DNA from: an uncultured Planctomycetia bacterium
GTDB taxonomy: Bacteria; Omnitrophota; Gorgyraeia; 2-02-FULL-51-18
Direction: 5' to 3'
DNA length: 64,000 nt
Assembly (NCBI GenBank): GCA_964642015.1
Contig: CAZXLF010000001.1
Location: 181,541-245,540 of the forward strand
In this document: positions 48,822-57,610 of the stretch, piece by piece
Layout of the letters: the number at the start of each line of letters is the position of its first letter
How positions within the stretch are numbered: position 1 is the stretch's first letter
The notes under the pieces: generated by a model
The model's database searches: none
Told to the model about the DNA's origin: nothing
Seen by the model: the letters and a program-made list of their open reading frames with translations, nothing else
Made by a program: the position numbers and the translations under genes

Positions 48822-49309
48822 TATCGCCCTGCCTGTTGAGCGGCTCTTTCGATCCAGTCCGCAAAATAAACATTTCCAGAGTTATTTACCCAGTCATACG
48901 TGGAATAAATTTGTGAAAGCGATACCTGAACGCCATTCCTTGGCATTTGCCAGTTATCAAAAGGATTGCGACCTTGAACATCAGTGCGGCTCCAACGATC
49001 CCTCAAATTGTGAATATGAACTCCAAGAAGCCCATTTCCGCGAACCACGCTTCGTTGAATTTCGTATCCGACGTAAGAGCGTTGGCTCGTTTCTGCGCCA
49101 ATAAGAACAACGGTAACAGAAGTATTTTCCAATTCCCTGTCAATCCAGCGTTTGACAGCATCTTCGCCCTGTCTTTCTACGGCTTCAAAAGCGGCGGCGT
49201 CGTGAAAGCCCGCCGTCTCACGATCCCTTGTAACCCAGGAATTTCGTATCTGGTTTACCCGCCAAACATCTCGTTCATAATGAAAACTGAAAAATACGCG
49301 TCTTGCCAT
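48821..49309 (-). CDS. TIR-like domain protein (ThsB-like, DUF1863/PF08937 family)
   Basis: N-terminal RRVFFSFHYERDVWRVNQIRNSWVT, a central NTSVTVVLIGAETSQRSYVGYEI, a GNGLLGVHIHNL block, and NPFDNW and VYFADW segments. This layout is characteristic of prokaryotic TIR-like (Thoeris ThsB-type) proteins. 162 aa. Confidence 0.65.
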   Translation of the reverse strand: MARRVFFSFHYERDVWRVNQIRNSWVTRDRETAGFHDAAAFEAVERQGEDAVKRWIDRELENTSVTVVLIGAETSQRSYVGYEIQRSVVRGNGLLGVHIHNLRDRWSRTDVQGRNPFDNWQMPRNGVQVSLSQIYSTYDWVNNSGNVYFADWIERAAQQAGR

Positions 49310-49318
49310 AATGTTTCC

Positions 49319-51841
49319 TCAAGCCAAAATCTCGTTGATCTTTTTTTGCCATTCGTCTTCCGATATAATCTCGAAGGAAATTTTCCGTTCGGGCAAAGTG
49401 AAGCCCAATTCAACCCAGCTTCGTTCTTCTGCCAATTTGTTGCATAGAGAAAATACGTCCTGTTTGTATTGAGTGTCCTCGCTACCTTTCAAATGCAATC
49501 CCTTTGTCTCAACAACATACACTTTGTCGAAATCTTTATGACCTTTGGCGTTTGTTTCCGAAAAAATAAAGTCTGGATAAATGCGGTGTTTTCTCCAACC
49601 CTGGATTGCGTAATCCTGACGCGATAAATTTCTATACCACCAGAATAATCGCTCTTGTTCTTCGAGATACCAGGCAACGGATTTTTCGGTCTCATTGAAA
49701 TCATCTTCGGGAACAATTTCAAATAGACTCTTCTCAAGCGCACTGCCATCTTTCCGAGTCAACCGCCTGCTGCTTTTTTTTATTCGCAATTTGGATGGAA
49801 GGCGGTAGCCCTGATCATCTTTCAGCATAAGAAAACGAATTTGTTTTTTTGTTACCAGGTCGGCGAAAACTTGCTGGGAGAGACGATCTTTTTCTTGATC
49901 GGCGATTTTTCTCATTTCCTCAATGATAAATACCAAATTGTTTGCAACCGTTTTGAGGTCATTCTTTTTGATCAACGCTTCAAGTGTTTCCTGTGCTATT
50001 TCATAAGCGATCCAGGGATTTTGAATAATATCGACCAAGTGCCGCGTAACAAAAACAGTGTCAATCGCAAGGCCACCTTCTTTCAAACGCAGAACACCAT
50101 GACTTTCGATGACTTGTTTCTCATCATCACTCAGTCCAACGGCAATTTCTGTGTCCTTTTCTTCAGATGAAGATAATTTGAGTGAACGAGATGGCTTGAA
50201 GTCAGCATCACTCCATTTGATTTGGCTTACAATATCAGTCTCATAACTCAATTTTCTCCAAACCTTACTATCTTCGATTACGAAAACTGGAAGGTAAATC
50301 TGTCCTGCAAATTTTTTGAATTTCTCCCGCAATTCGACAACGCGCTCGCCCTCGGTAGCTTCGCCGCCTTCCATTGAACCATCAGACAATATGCGCCCTG
50401 CGAGATCTCCCAAACCCTCTTGCTCAAAACCATCTTTGACACTTTCAAGAAGTTGCTTCCCGCGCTGTTGGAAACAAAAAACATAACTTTCATCCAGAGC
50501 TTGAATTTTGGTCTTTCGCGCGAAGGGTTGTCGCAAAATTCTGCCAACGAGCTGTGTCATATTATTTTCAGAGGTGGGATTTGTAAGGACAGTCAAAACA
50601 TACGCAAATGAGCAATCCCAACCTTCCTGTAACGCCTGTTTGGTAATGATATATCGGATGTCGCAGGTGGGGGAGAAGAGATCAATGCCTTCAATGTCGT
50701 CTTTTTCGCTACTTTTTATTGCGATTGCTGATTCAGAAATGCCACAAGTTTTTATCAGATATTCTTTGGCGTCTTCCGCGTGAATAAAGCGTCCCCCGCG
50801 TTGATCTTTTCCAGTGCGTTCAACCTGAATCAAACAGATGGGGCGAATATATTCACCCATGTTCGCTTCATATTCTTTCGCCGCCTGTTCGAGAAGATTA
50901 CGTCTCTCAACGCTTGAAAGTAGCGTGTCTTTCCAGTCAACACTCGCCTTGTTGATTACGTGCAAATCGAGCTTGATCATATCTTCTCGTGCAAGCTCCA
51001 CACCTTTTATATCAACAAGAACGTTGCTCCCTCGATTCGGTGTAGCGGAAAGTTCGAGAATCAGGCACGGGTTGAATCCGCGAAGTGTTTTTTGTGCAGT
51101 TTCGCTATATGCCTTGTGTCCCTCATCAAGAATAATGACGGGAGATAGACTGCGTAGCGTGTTGCCCAGCGACGTTTTGATTTGCCTGCCCCAAAACCCT
51201 CCTTCCTTTCCGAATACATCCAAATTGGGAAACTTTTCAAGCAATTTTCGATGGCCTTCCGTATCGTCTTCAGAAGGAAAGAACGCCTGAAATCCGCCGC
51301 TATCTTTGAAAACCTTGAGCGTTTCTTTATTCTGTCTGGATGCCGAAGGAAGCATGAGCATGAGGACAACCAAGTTTTGTGCGACATCAAGAGGAGTAAA
51401 ATGATCCGCTTTCTCAAAGATCAATGTCTGCCCACCGCTTGCGACGTCAAGATGCTGACGGTAAGGATGTTCGCGGTCGCGCAGATGTTGAATTGTCTGA
51501 CGATAAATTTGTGTTGTTGGAACCACCCAAAGAATCAGGCCAGTTCGTTTTTTACGATAATTCGTATTGATGAGGTCTATGCTTTTGACGGCAAGGAGCG
51601 TTTTGCCGCCACCCGTGGGGATTTTCAGGCAGAAATTGGGGAGGTATTCACCAAGACCATTTTTTTTGGACTGGTAAGGAATGTTCCTGACTTTTTCCCA
51701 TGCTTTTCCCGTCCAATCTGGGACAGCATCAAGACCAGCGATTTTTGCAATCTCATCACTCTTTGTTCGCCAATCATATAACGCAGTCAGGTACTTTTTT
51801 ATTTGTTGAAGAGTTTTCTGCTGATATTCTTTGAGTTCCAT
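49319..51841 (-). CDS. res: Type III restriction enzyme Res subunit (SF2 helicase + C-terminal PD-(D/E)XK endonuclease)
   Basis: Walker A (PTGGGKTLLA), DEGH box (VIILDEGHKA), SAT motif (ELSATP), and C-terminal YPDFIF...VVETKG. 840 aa, directly downstream of the mod gene. Confidence 0.85.
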   Translation of the reverse strand: MELKEYQQKTLQQIKKYLTALYDWRTKSDEIAKIAGLDAVPDWTGKAWEKVRNIPYQSKKNGLGEYLPNFCLKIPTGGGKTLLAVKSIDLINTNYRKKRTGLILWVVPTTQIYRQTIQHLRDREHPYRQHLDVASGGQTLIFEKADHFTPLDVAQNLVVLMLMLPSASRQNKETLKVFKDSGGFQAFFPSEDDTEGHRKLLEKFPNLDVFGKEGGFWGRQIKTSLGNTLRSLSPVIILDEGHKAYSETAQKTLRGFNPCLILELSATPNRGSNVLVDIKGVELAREDMIKLDLHVINKASVDWKDTLLSSVERRNLLEQAAKEYEANMGEYIRPICLIQVERTGKDQRGGRFIHAEDAKEYLIKTCGISESAIAIKSSEKDDIEGIDLFSPTCDIRYIITKQALQEGWDCSFAYVLTVLTNPTSENNMTQLVGRILRQPFARKTKIQALDESYVFCFQQRGKQLLESVKDGFEQEGLGDLAGRILSDGSMEGGEATEGERVVELREKFKKFAGQIYLPVFVIEDSKVWRKLSYETDIVSQIKWSDADFKPSRSLKLSSSEEKDTEIAVGLSDDEKQVIESHGVLRLKEGGLAIDTVFVTRHLVDIIQNPWIAYEIAQETLEALIKKNDLKTVANNLVFIIEEMRKIADQEKDRLSQQVFADLVTKKQIRFLMLKDDQGYRLPSKLRIKKSSRRLTRKDGSALEKSLFEIVPEDDFNETEKSVAWYLEEQERLFWWYRNLSRQDYAIQGWRKHRIYPDFIFSETNAKGHKDFDKVYVVETKGLHLKGSEDTQYKQDVFSLCNKLAEERSWVELGFTLPERKISFEIISEDEWQKKINEILA

Positions 51842-51848
51842 TCAATAA

Positions 51849-53531
51849 TCAGTCTGCAAATTTATAAATTTCAAAAGGCAGTTGCGCAAAGTCGATTCGT
51901 AATTCATCCAACATTTCTTGATCAAGGAATTTTGTCGGAGCAAAAACCAAACGACGCTTACCATTATATTTTCCGAGTTTTTTTGCACGATCAAGAGTGA
52001 GGGCCGTGTGCTTCAATGCTTCAATGTCGGGTGTATAAAAAAGGTAGACTTCATGGAATTTTGACTCGCCGACGAATCCCTTTTTCTCATCAACTTCTTT
52101 TTCATCAAATTCTTCACCAGTAGCAGTGTAAAAAAGATAACGCGCAAGTTCTCCGTATGAAGGAAGGTGTTTCCCATCAAGGATTCGTTCCAATTCAATA
52201 GCCCGTCCGAGTTCAAAATAACCAAACGTTTCGCCGAATTTCAAAGCAAGTTTTTGATCTTTATCCGAGCCATTTTTTATAACTCTTTTGACTCTTTCAG
52301 CGGTGATTGAGTCCGCATAATTTTCACACTCAACAAGAATAAACTTCCGCTTCCCTCCGTCAGAACGATTCAGTTCGATCACTGCTTGACCAGTTGTTCC
52401 CGAACCTGCAAACGAATCCAGAACAATCGAATTTTTATCACCTGACAGCAAGACGGCGTGTTTTACCAGATCAACGGGTTTTGGATAATCGAACACTGTT
52501 TTGCCAAACAAATCTTTTATTTGATCTCGTCCCGTTTCATTATTGAACTCAGACCCTTCCCATATAGAAGGAAATAAACGTCCCTTTGAATCGCCATCAG
52601 CATCTTCCGCAAAATCTTTTTGACAGACCTCCCACTCTTCTTCTTGAGTTTCGCGTCTCTTGACTATTTTTGCGATAAGCAAATTACCTTCTTTTTCTAT
52701 CTTTCCTTTGCTCCATCTCCATACGCTATCACTCCCATCAGAAAGTTTTGGAATAACTTTGACAAACCCCTTTTGATTTTCGAGATACACTTTTCCCGTT
52801 TTAGGATCAACAAATAGAGGAAAATGTAAATTTGGTCGGTCTTGTCTACGCGATAGCGCGCCTCTTTTCCTCAAACCCAAAAGTCGGTATCGTTTCCCAT
52901 TTTCAGTCTCAGAGTATTCCGCGAGCTGTTCATCAGTGAGATCGAGACGGCCTGCCTTGAATTTTGAAATATCCTTTACGTACGCAACGAGATACTCATG
53001 TTCCACCGCCAATTCTGTGCCAAGCCTTCTGCCGCGCGGGTTATTCTGAATTACGATTACGCCAAAACGATTTGACTCGTTGAAAATTTCATCACAAAGA
53101 CACAATAAGTTTTTCAATTCGTTGTCATCGATTGAAATAAAAATAATCCCGCTGTCGGAGAGCAGTTCTCTCAAAATTTTCAATCTTGGCATCATCATGC
53201 AGAGCCATTTGTCGTGGCGAGTCAGATCTTCTCGATCAACCACCTTGCCGAGCCATTCTTGCATCATTGGCGAGTTGACATTATCGTTATAAGCCCATTT
53301 TTCATTCCCAGTGTTATACGGCGGATCGATATAAATGCACTTTACTTTCCCAGCGTATGTGGGAAGAAGAGCTTTCAAGGCCTTGAGATTATCGCCGTGA
53401 ATTACGAGATTATCAGTAAGGCGGACTTTATCGGTGAGACTTTTGGATTTCTGCGGAATCAGTTCGTGATATTTGACCGAAAGATGATAATTCTGAACAA
53501 ACGGTTTTCCCTTGAAATTCAAATTTGCCAT
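51849..53531 (-). CDS. mod: Type III R-M system Mod subunit (N6-adenine DNA methyltransferase)
   Basis: DPPY motif IV (IYIDPPYNTGNE) and motif I (SFAGSGTTGQAV). 560 aa. Confidence 0.9.
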   Translation of the reverse strand: MANLNFKGKPFVQNYHLSVKYHELIPQKSKSLTDKVRLTDNLVIHGDNLKALKALLPTYAGKVKCIYIDPPYNTGNEKWAYNDNVNSPMMQEWLGKVVDREDLTRHDKWLCMMMPRLKILRELLSDSGIIFISIDDNELKNLLCLCDEIFNESNRFGVIVIQNNPRGRRLGTELAVEHEYLVAYVKDISKFKAGRLDLTDEQLAEYSETENGKRYRLLGLRKRGALSRRQDRPNLHFPLFVDPKTGKVYLENQKGFVKVIPKLSDGSDSVWRWSKGKIEKEGNLLIAKIVKRRETQEEEWEVCQKDFAEDADGDSKGRLFPSIWEGSEFNNETGRDQIKDLFGKTVFDYPKPVDLVKHAVLLSGDKNSIVLDSFAGSGTTGQAVIELNRSDGGKRKFILVECENYADSITAERVKRVIKNGSDKDQKLALKFGETFGYFELGRAIELERILDGKHLPSYGELARYLFYTATGEEFDEKEVDEKKGFVGESKFHEVYLFYTPDIEALKHTALTLDRAKKLGKYNGKRRLVFAPTKFLDQEMLDELRIDFAQLPFEIYKFAD

Positions 53532-54097
53532 AAGTTTCCATGTAATGGTTTCGTAATGCTATTTCGGCCATTATACCCACGCTTCGTCGTTATATCAACG
53601 AAAGTCAGAATTGACGAAACGTGCTTATTTTTTGGAAACAAGATAAAGAGTTGTTCTGAGCTGTCTGAAATTTGAGGCGAAAAGGTCAGCAACGAAACCT
53701 TTTTCCCGAAAAGGGGAAGTGGGGGGGCGCAAGGCCAAAAATGACCTGCCAATCGGCTATATGCGCTATCAAGGGTCTGCCTGTGATGAGTAAATAACAG
53801 ATGCGTCAATCAGCCGCGTTTTATTATCACCGCCAGACATTGTTTTCGATTTCCATCAGAACCAACTTTTCAACCATAATCAATACGCACCAGAGATTTC
53901 CGCCCGAATCGCCAAACCCTTGTCAGTGACAACGCCTTCTCTTGGAAAACGCTCAAATTCCTGACCTTTTGCTGACAACCTTGATCTGCTGACAACCTGC
54001 GTATTTGGTCTTTTGAAAGCGTACCTTGCCTTTCAAAAAGATGAACCGATTTCTGCAAAGACTCTCCTTTATATATCCTTGTCCTTTCGTGCCAGTC

Positions 54098-55429
54098 TTG
54101 AAAAAGGAGGGCTCTTCGTTCGACCTTGCGATAGCCATCGGGATTTTAGTTGCCAATGAGACTATTACACAAGAACAAGTCGAGAATATTATTTTTTGCG
54201 GCGAACTTTCATTGGATGGCAGACTTCGAGGAGTATCAGGGGTCTTGCCGCGGGCAGTATGGCTTTTATCAAACGAGCCGAAGAAGCGATTCGTGATACC
54301 ATATGATAACGCCAAGGAAGCCTTATGCGCCAGAGGTCTGGATGTCAATCCCGCTAAAAATCTTTCTCAAGTGATCCATTTTCTTAAAGGCGAAGGGGAA
54401 TTATCTCTTAAAACGGATGATCGACCGGAAAATTCAAACGGTAAATTAAAAAGACCTAGAAGATATTTTGATTTCTCTGATATTAAAGGGCAGTGGCATG
54501 CCAAACGCGGTCTTGAGATCGCGGCCGCAGGACAGCACAACGTCCTTTTAATAGGCCCGCCCGGCGCCGGAAAGACAATGTTGGCAAAGCGAATGCCGAC
54601 TATCTTATCGTCGATCACTTTTGATGAAGCGATAGAGACAACAAAGATCCACAGTGTTGCAGGCCTTCTTTTAGAAAAGGCATCACTGATCGAATCAAGG
54701 CCTTTTCGCGATCCGCATCACACGATCTCAAATGCTGCGTTAATAGGCGGCGGTTCATATCCCAAACCAGGAGAAGTCAGCCTTGCTCATAATGGAGTTT
54801 TATTTTTAGATGAATTAGCTGAGTTCAGGCGGGATGTTCTGGAAGTTCTGCGTCAGCCGCTTGAAGAAGGCAAGATCACAATTTCCAGAGCTTCTTCGTC
54901 TTTGACGCTACCGGCACGTTTTATGCTGGTTGCTGCAATGAACCCTTGTCCGTGCGGTTACTTTACGGACCCAAAAAAAGAATGTCATTGCACGCCTATT
55001 CAGATCAAAAACTATATGTCTAAGATCTCAGGGCCCTTGCTCGACCGTATAGACATTCAGCTTGAAGTTCCTTGTCTAAAGGTTGATGAAATAACTTCGA
55101 AAGCTGCGGGAGAGCCATCCTCAGCGATCAGGGAACGCGTTGAAGAAGCGCGCAGCAGACAGCGCAGCCGCTATGCGTCGGAAAAAATATCATCGAATTC
55201 AGAGCTCGAACCTAAGCAAGTTGAAAGGTATTGCGAAGTCTCAAAAGAAGGGGAAGCGCTTCTTAAAATGGCCATCCAGGAACTTGGGTTTTCGGCACGT
55301 GCTTATCACAAAGCATTGAAAGTTGCTCGCACTATAGCTGATCTAGAAGGATCAGAATGCATTCACCAAACGCATATCACAGAATCTATCCATTACCGTG
55401 CGTTGGATCGTAACGCATGGTTTAAATAA
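54098..55429 (+). pseudogene. comM: 3' portion of comM/yifB (AAA+ Mg-chelatase-like ATPase, codons ~73 to end), separated from its 5' part by the island
   Basis: LKKEGSSFDLAIAIGIL continues the ComM N-domain exactly where the 5' fragment diverges. Walker A (GPPGAGKTMLAKR), Walker B (VLFLDELAEF), and the C-terminal Mg-chelatase ChlI-like domain. An upstream in-frame ATG at 54026 may allow expression of a truncated product. Confidence 0.75.
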
Positions 55430-55547
55430 ACCTCCGATAAGTTATTGCCGCAAAATGAGTTGTAACATATATATGAAAAAATAACAATATAAATTTGACA
55501 AATATACATTTATCCAGTAAGCTCCCAATCAACATGGGGGTGAGGTT

Positions 55548-57167
55548 GTGATAAAACGAATCTTTTTTGTATGGATGTGTTTGATGGTTTTTTCGGTTTA
55601 CGAAGTCAGAGCTGAGTGGGTGGATCTATCCAAAGGTTTGGATGAATTGGATATTCGATCGATAGCTTCAGACCGAGGAAACTCCGCGGTCATATATGTC
55701 GCATCAGGTAAATCAGTATATAGGACTGTGAATGCCGGAAACTCATGGCAGAAAGTATTAAGGTTACATGCCGGAGACACTCATATTGATTTTATTTATA
55801 TTGATCCCAGCGATTCAAAAATCATTTATGTCTGCACGGACCATGGAGTTTATAAGTCAGAAAGCGGAGGAGAAGGACAATGGAGTTTAATTTTTGAAGG
55901 AGTGTCCGAGACGACTAAAAAAGTCATATGCGTCTCAATGGAACCTATAAAACCCGAAATCCTTTGGATAGGCACCGAACATGGTTTATTTTATCTGAAC
56001 CAAAAAAGTCACGTGCTCGAGAAAGAGAGCAAAATCCCCAATGCTGTGATCTATTCGATCCTTCTGGATGGATCAGGCGTAACGAATAAGATCGTTTCGA
56101 CAGATCAGGGCATTTACAAAAATTTAACCGATCATTCATGGCAAAAAGTATTCGTTCCTCAGACAGCTCAAGATAATGAAGATGCTGATACTCAATCTTT
56201 GCAGCAGTTTGGTGTCGAAGAGATCGCCACAGTACCTTTATTTTCTAATCTGGCCTACTCATCCGGACAAGGACGTTTTTATGCGGCTACGAGAAGCGGG
56301 ATTTTACAAAGCGATCAGAACGCTGTTTCCTGGACAAATTTCGAAGGCCAGCAATTACCTGATAGAAAGGTTAATTCCATCGCATCTTCTCAAAAAGCAG
56401 TCTACGTGGCGACGAACAGGGGAGTTTTTCGATGGGATAGTATTACGCATTCATTTTCTGAAATGTATGCGGGATTGGTTTCAAGAGAGGTGCGGATCTT
56501 GGAATACAATGATAAGGGCAAATATTTGCTGGCTGCGACAAAAAGGGGAATCTATCGATTTTCAGATCCGGAATCGGCTGATATTGAATTGTCAAATATG
56601 CAGGTTCGCCCAATATCAATGCAACTGACCAATGAGATGTTAGCTAGGTTTTCTAATGAACCTACGGTTTTAGAAGTCCAGCAGGCGGCGATCCGTTATG
56701 CGGAAGTAAGCCCTGAAAAGATAGCGCAATGGCGGATCGCCGCAGCTAGAAAAGCTTGGGCGCCATCGCTTTCTTTTCACCAAGATTTTGAAAATAGGAA
56801 CAATGTTGACATAGATCGTGGAGGCACCGCAGATCCCGATAAATTCATTCAAGGTCCTCAAGAGAAAAGTTGGGACAGGTATTTTACAGTCAGTTGGAAT
56901 TTGGCGGATCTTATTTGGAATAGCGATCAGACGTCGATAGACAGCCGGTCGAAATTGATGGTCGAATTAAGGAACGATGTTTTAAATGAAGTGACACATC
57001 TTTATTTTGAAAGGCGGCGCTTGCAATTAGAAATGCTTACGGACCCAACGGAACAATCATCCGTAAATCTGGATCGGCAATTAAGACTTCAGGAATTTAC
57101 GGCAAACATCGATGCATTGACAGGCGGTTTCTTAACAAATAGCCTAAAGAAAGGAAAAGAGTTATGA
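55548..57167 (+). CDS. secreted BNR/Asp-box repeat (sortilin/Ycf48-like beta-propeller) protein with C-terminal helical domain
   Basis: Signal peptide. Repeated S/T-x-D/N-x-G-x-SW motifs (VNAGNSWQKV, SGGEGQWSLI, TDHSWQKV, NAVSWTNF). Confidence 0.5.
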   Translation: MIKRIFFVWMCLMVFSVYEVRAEWVDLSKGLDELDIRSIASDRGNSAVIYVASGKSVYRTVNAGNSWQKVLRLHAGDTHIDFIYIDPSDSKIIYVCTDHGVYKSESGGEGQWSLIFEGVSETTKKVICVSMEPIKPEILWIGTEHGLFYLNQKSHVLEKESKIPNAVIYSILLDGSGVTNKIVSTDQGIYKNLTDHSWQKVFVPQTAQDNEDADTQSLQQFGVEEIATVPLFSNLAYSSGQGRFYAATRSGILQSDQNAVSWTNFEGQQLPDRKVNSIASSQKAVYVATNRGVFRWDSITHSFSEMYAGLVSREVRILEYNDKGKYLLAATKRGIYRFSDPESADIELSNMQVRPISMQLTNEMLARFSNEPTVLEVQQAAIRYAEVSPEKIAQWRIAAARKAWAPSLSFHQDFENRNNVDIDRGGTADPDKFIQGPQEKSWDRYFTVSWNLADLIWNSDQTSIDSRSKLMVELRNDVLNEVTHLYFERRRLQLEMLTDPTEQSSVNLDRQLRLQEFTANIDALTGGFLTNSLKKGKEL

Positions 57168-57427
57168 ATATTGCATCCCAAGAGGTAATAGCCGGCAACG
57201 GGGAAATGATAACAGGGACTGTTAAGATGGATTTGCCATGGCAATTTAAGCAAAAGCTATTAAATTCAAGGGAAACTTTACTGCTGCTGAAAGAAACGAA
57301 TCTTTTCGGGCCGATCTTGAATAAAAGCTTAGACGACATGGATTTTTTGATCAAAAAAGCCGATGAATTGGCCGAATTTAAACTTCTTGAAATACGCATC
57401 AAAGTCGGCGTCCCAACTGATTCATAA
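57164..57427 (+). CDS. small hypothetical protein (87 aa)
   Basis: ORF whose start overlaps the upstream stop (ATGA). No recognised domain. Confidence 0.3.
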   Translation: MNIASQEVIAGNGEMITGTVKMDLPWQFKQKLLNSRETLLLLKETNLFGPILNKSLDDMDFLIKKADELAEFKLLEIRIKVGVPTDS

Positions 57428-57610
57428 CCTTAGTAGCATGATCGACTTATAGATATAGGTTTTTTAATCTTGCCATCCCATAATTCTTAGCGTATACTAG
57501 CTTCCAATTATTGTTCATTTTGTGACTCTTAAATTTCTCAAAGAATTTTGAGTTAAACTTCAACTCTCGCACCGAATTTTTAAATTAGGCGGGCTACAGG
57601 ATCATTTCAG

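Larger units (their letters stand above)
42377..54110. mobile_element. ~11.7-kb integrative element inserted in comM (serine-recombinase-mediated), carrying replication genes, a resolvase, a TIR/TM pair and Type III R-M
   Basis: Both halves of comM flank the insert, and the LKKEG codons are duplicated at the junctions (AAGAAGGAAGGA at 42365-42376; AAAAAGGAGGG at 54101-54111). A large serine recombinase gene lies 126 bp from the left junction. Every gene inside is on the - strand, opposite to the flanking chromosome. Confidence 0.7.

Noticed and set aside
42377-54110. Island as a prophage
   Set aside because: It has no capsid, tail, terminase, portal or lysis genes. The content (recombinases, replication initiator/loader, R-M, TIR module) fits an integrative plasmid-like or defense island.
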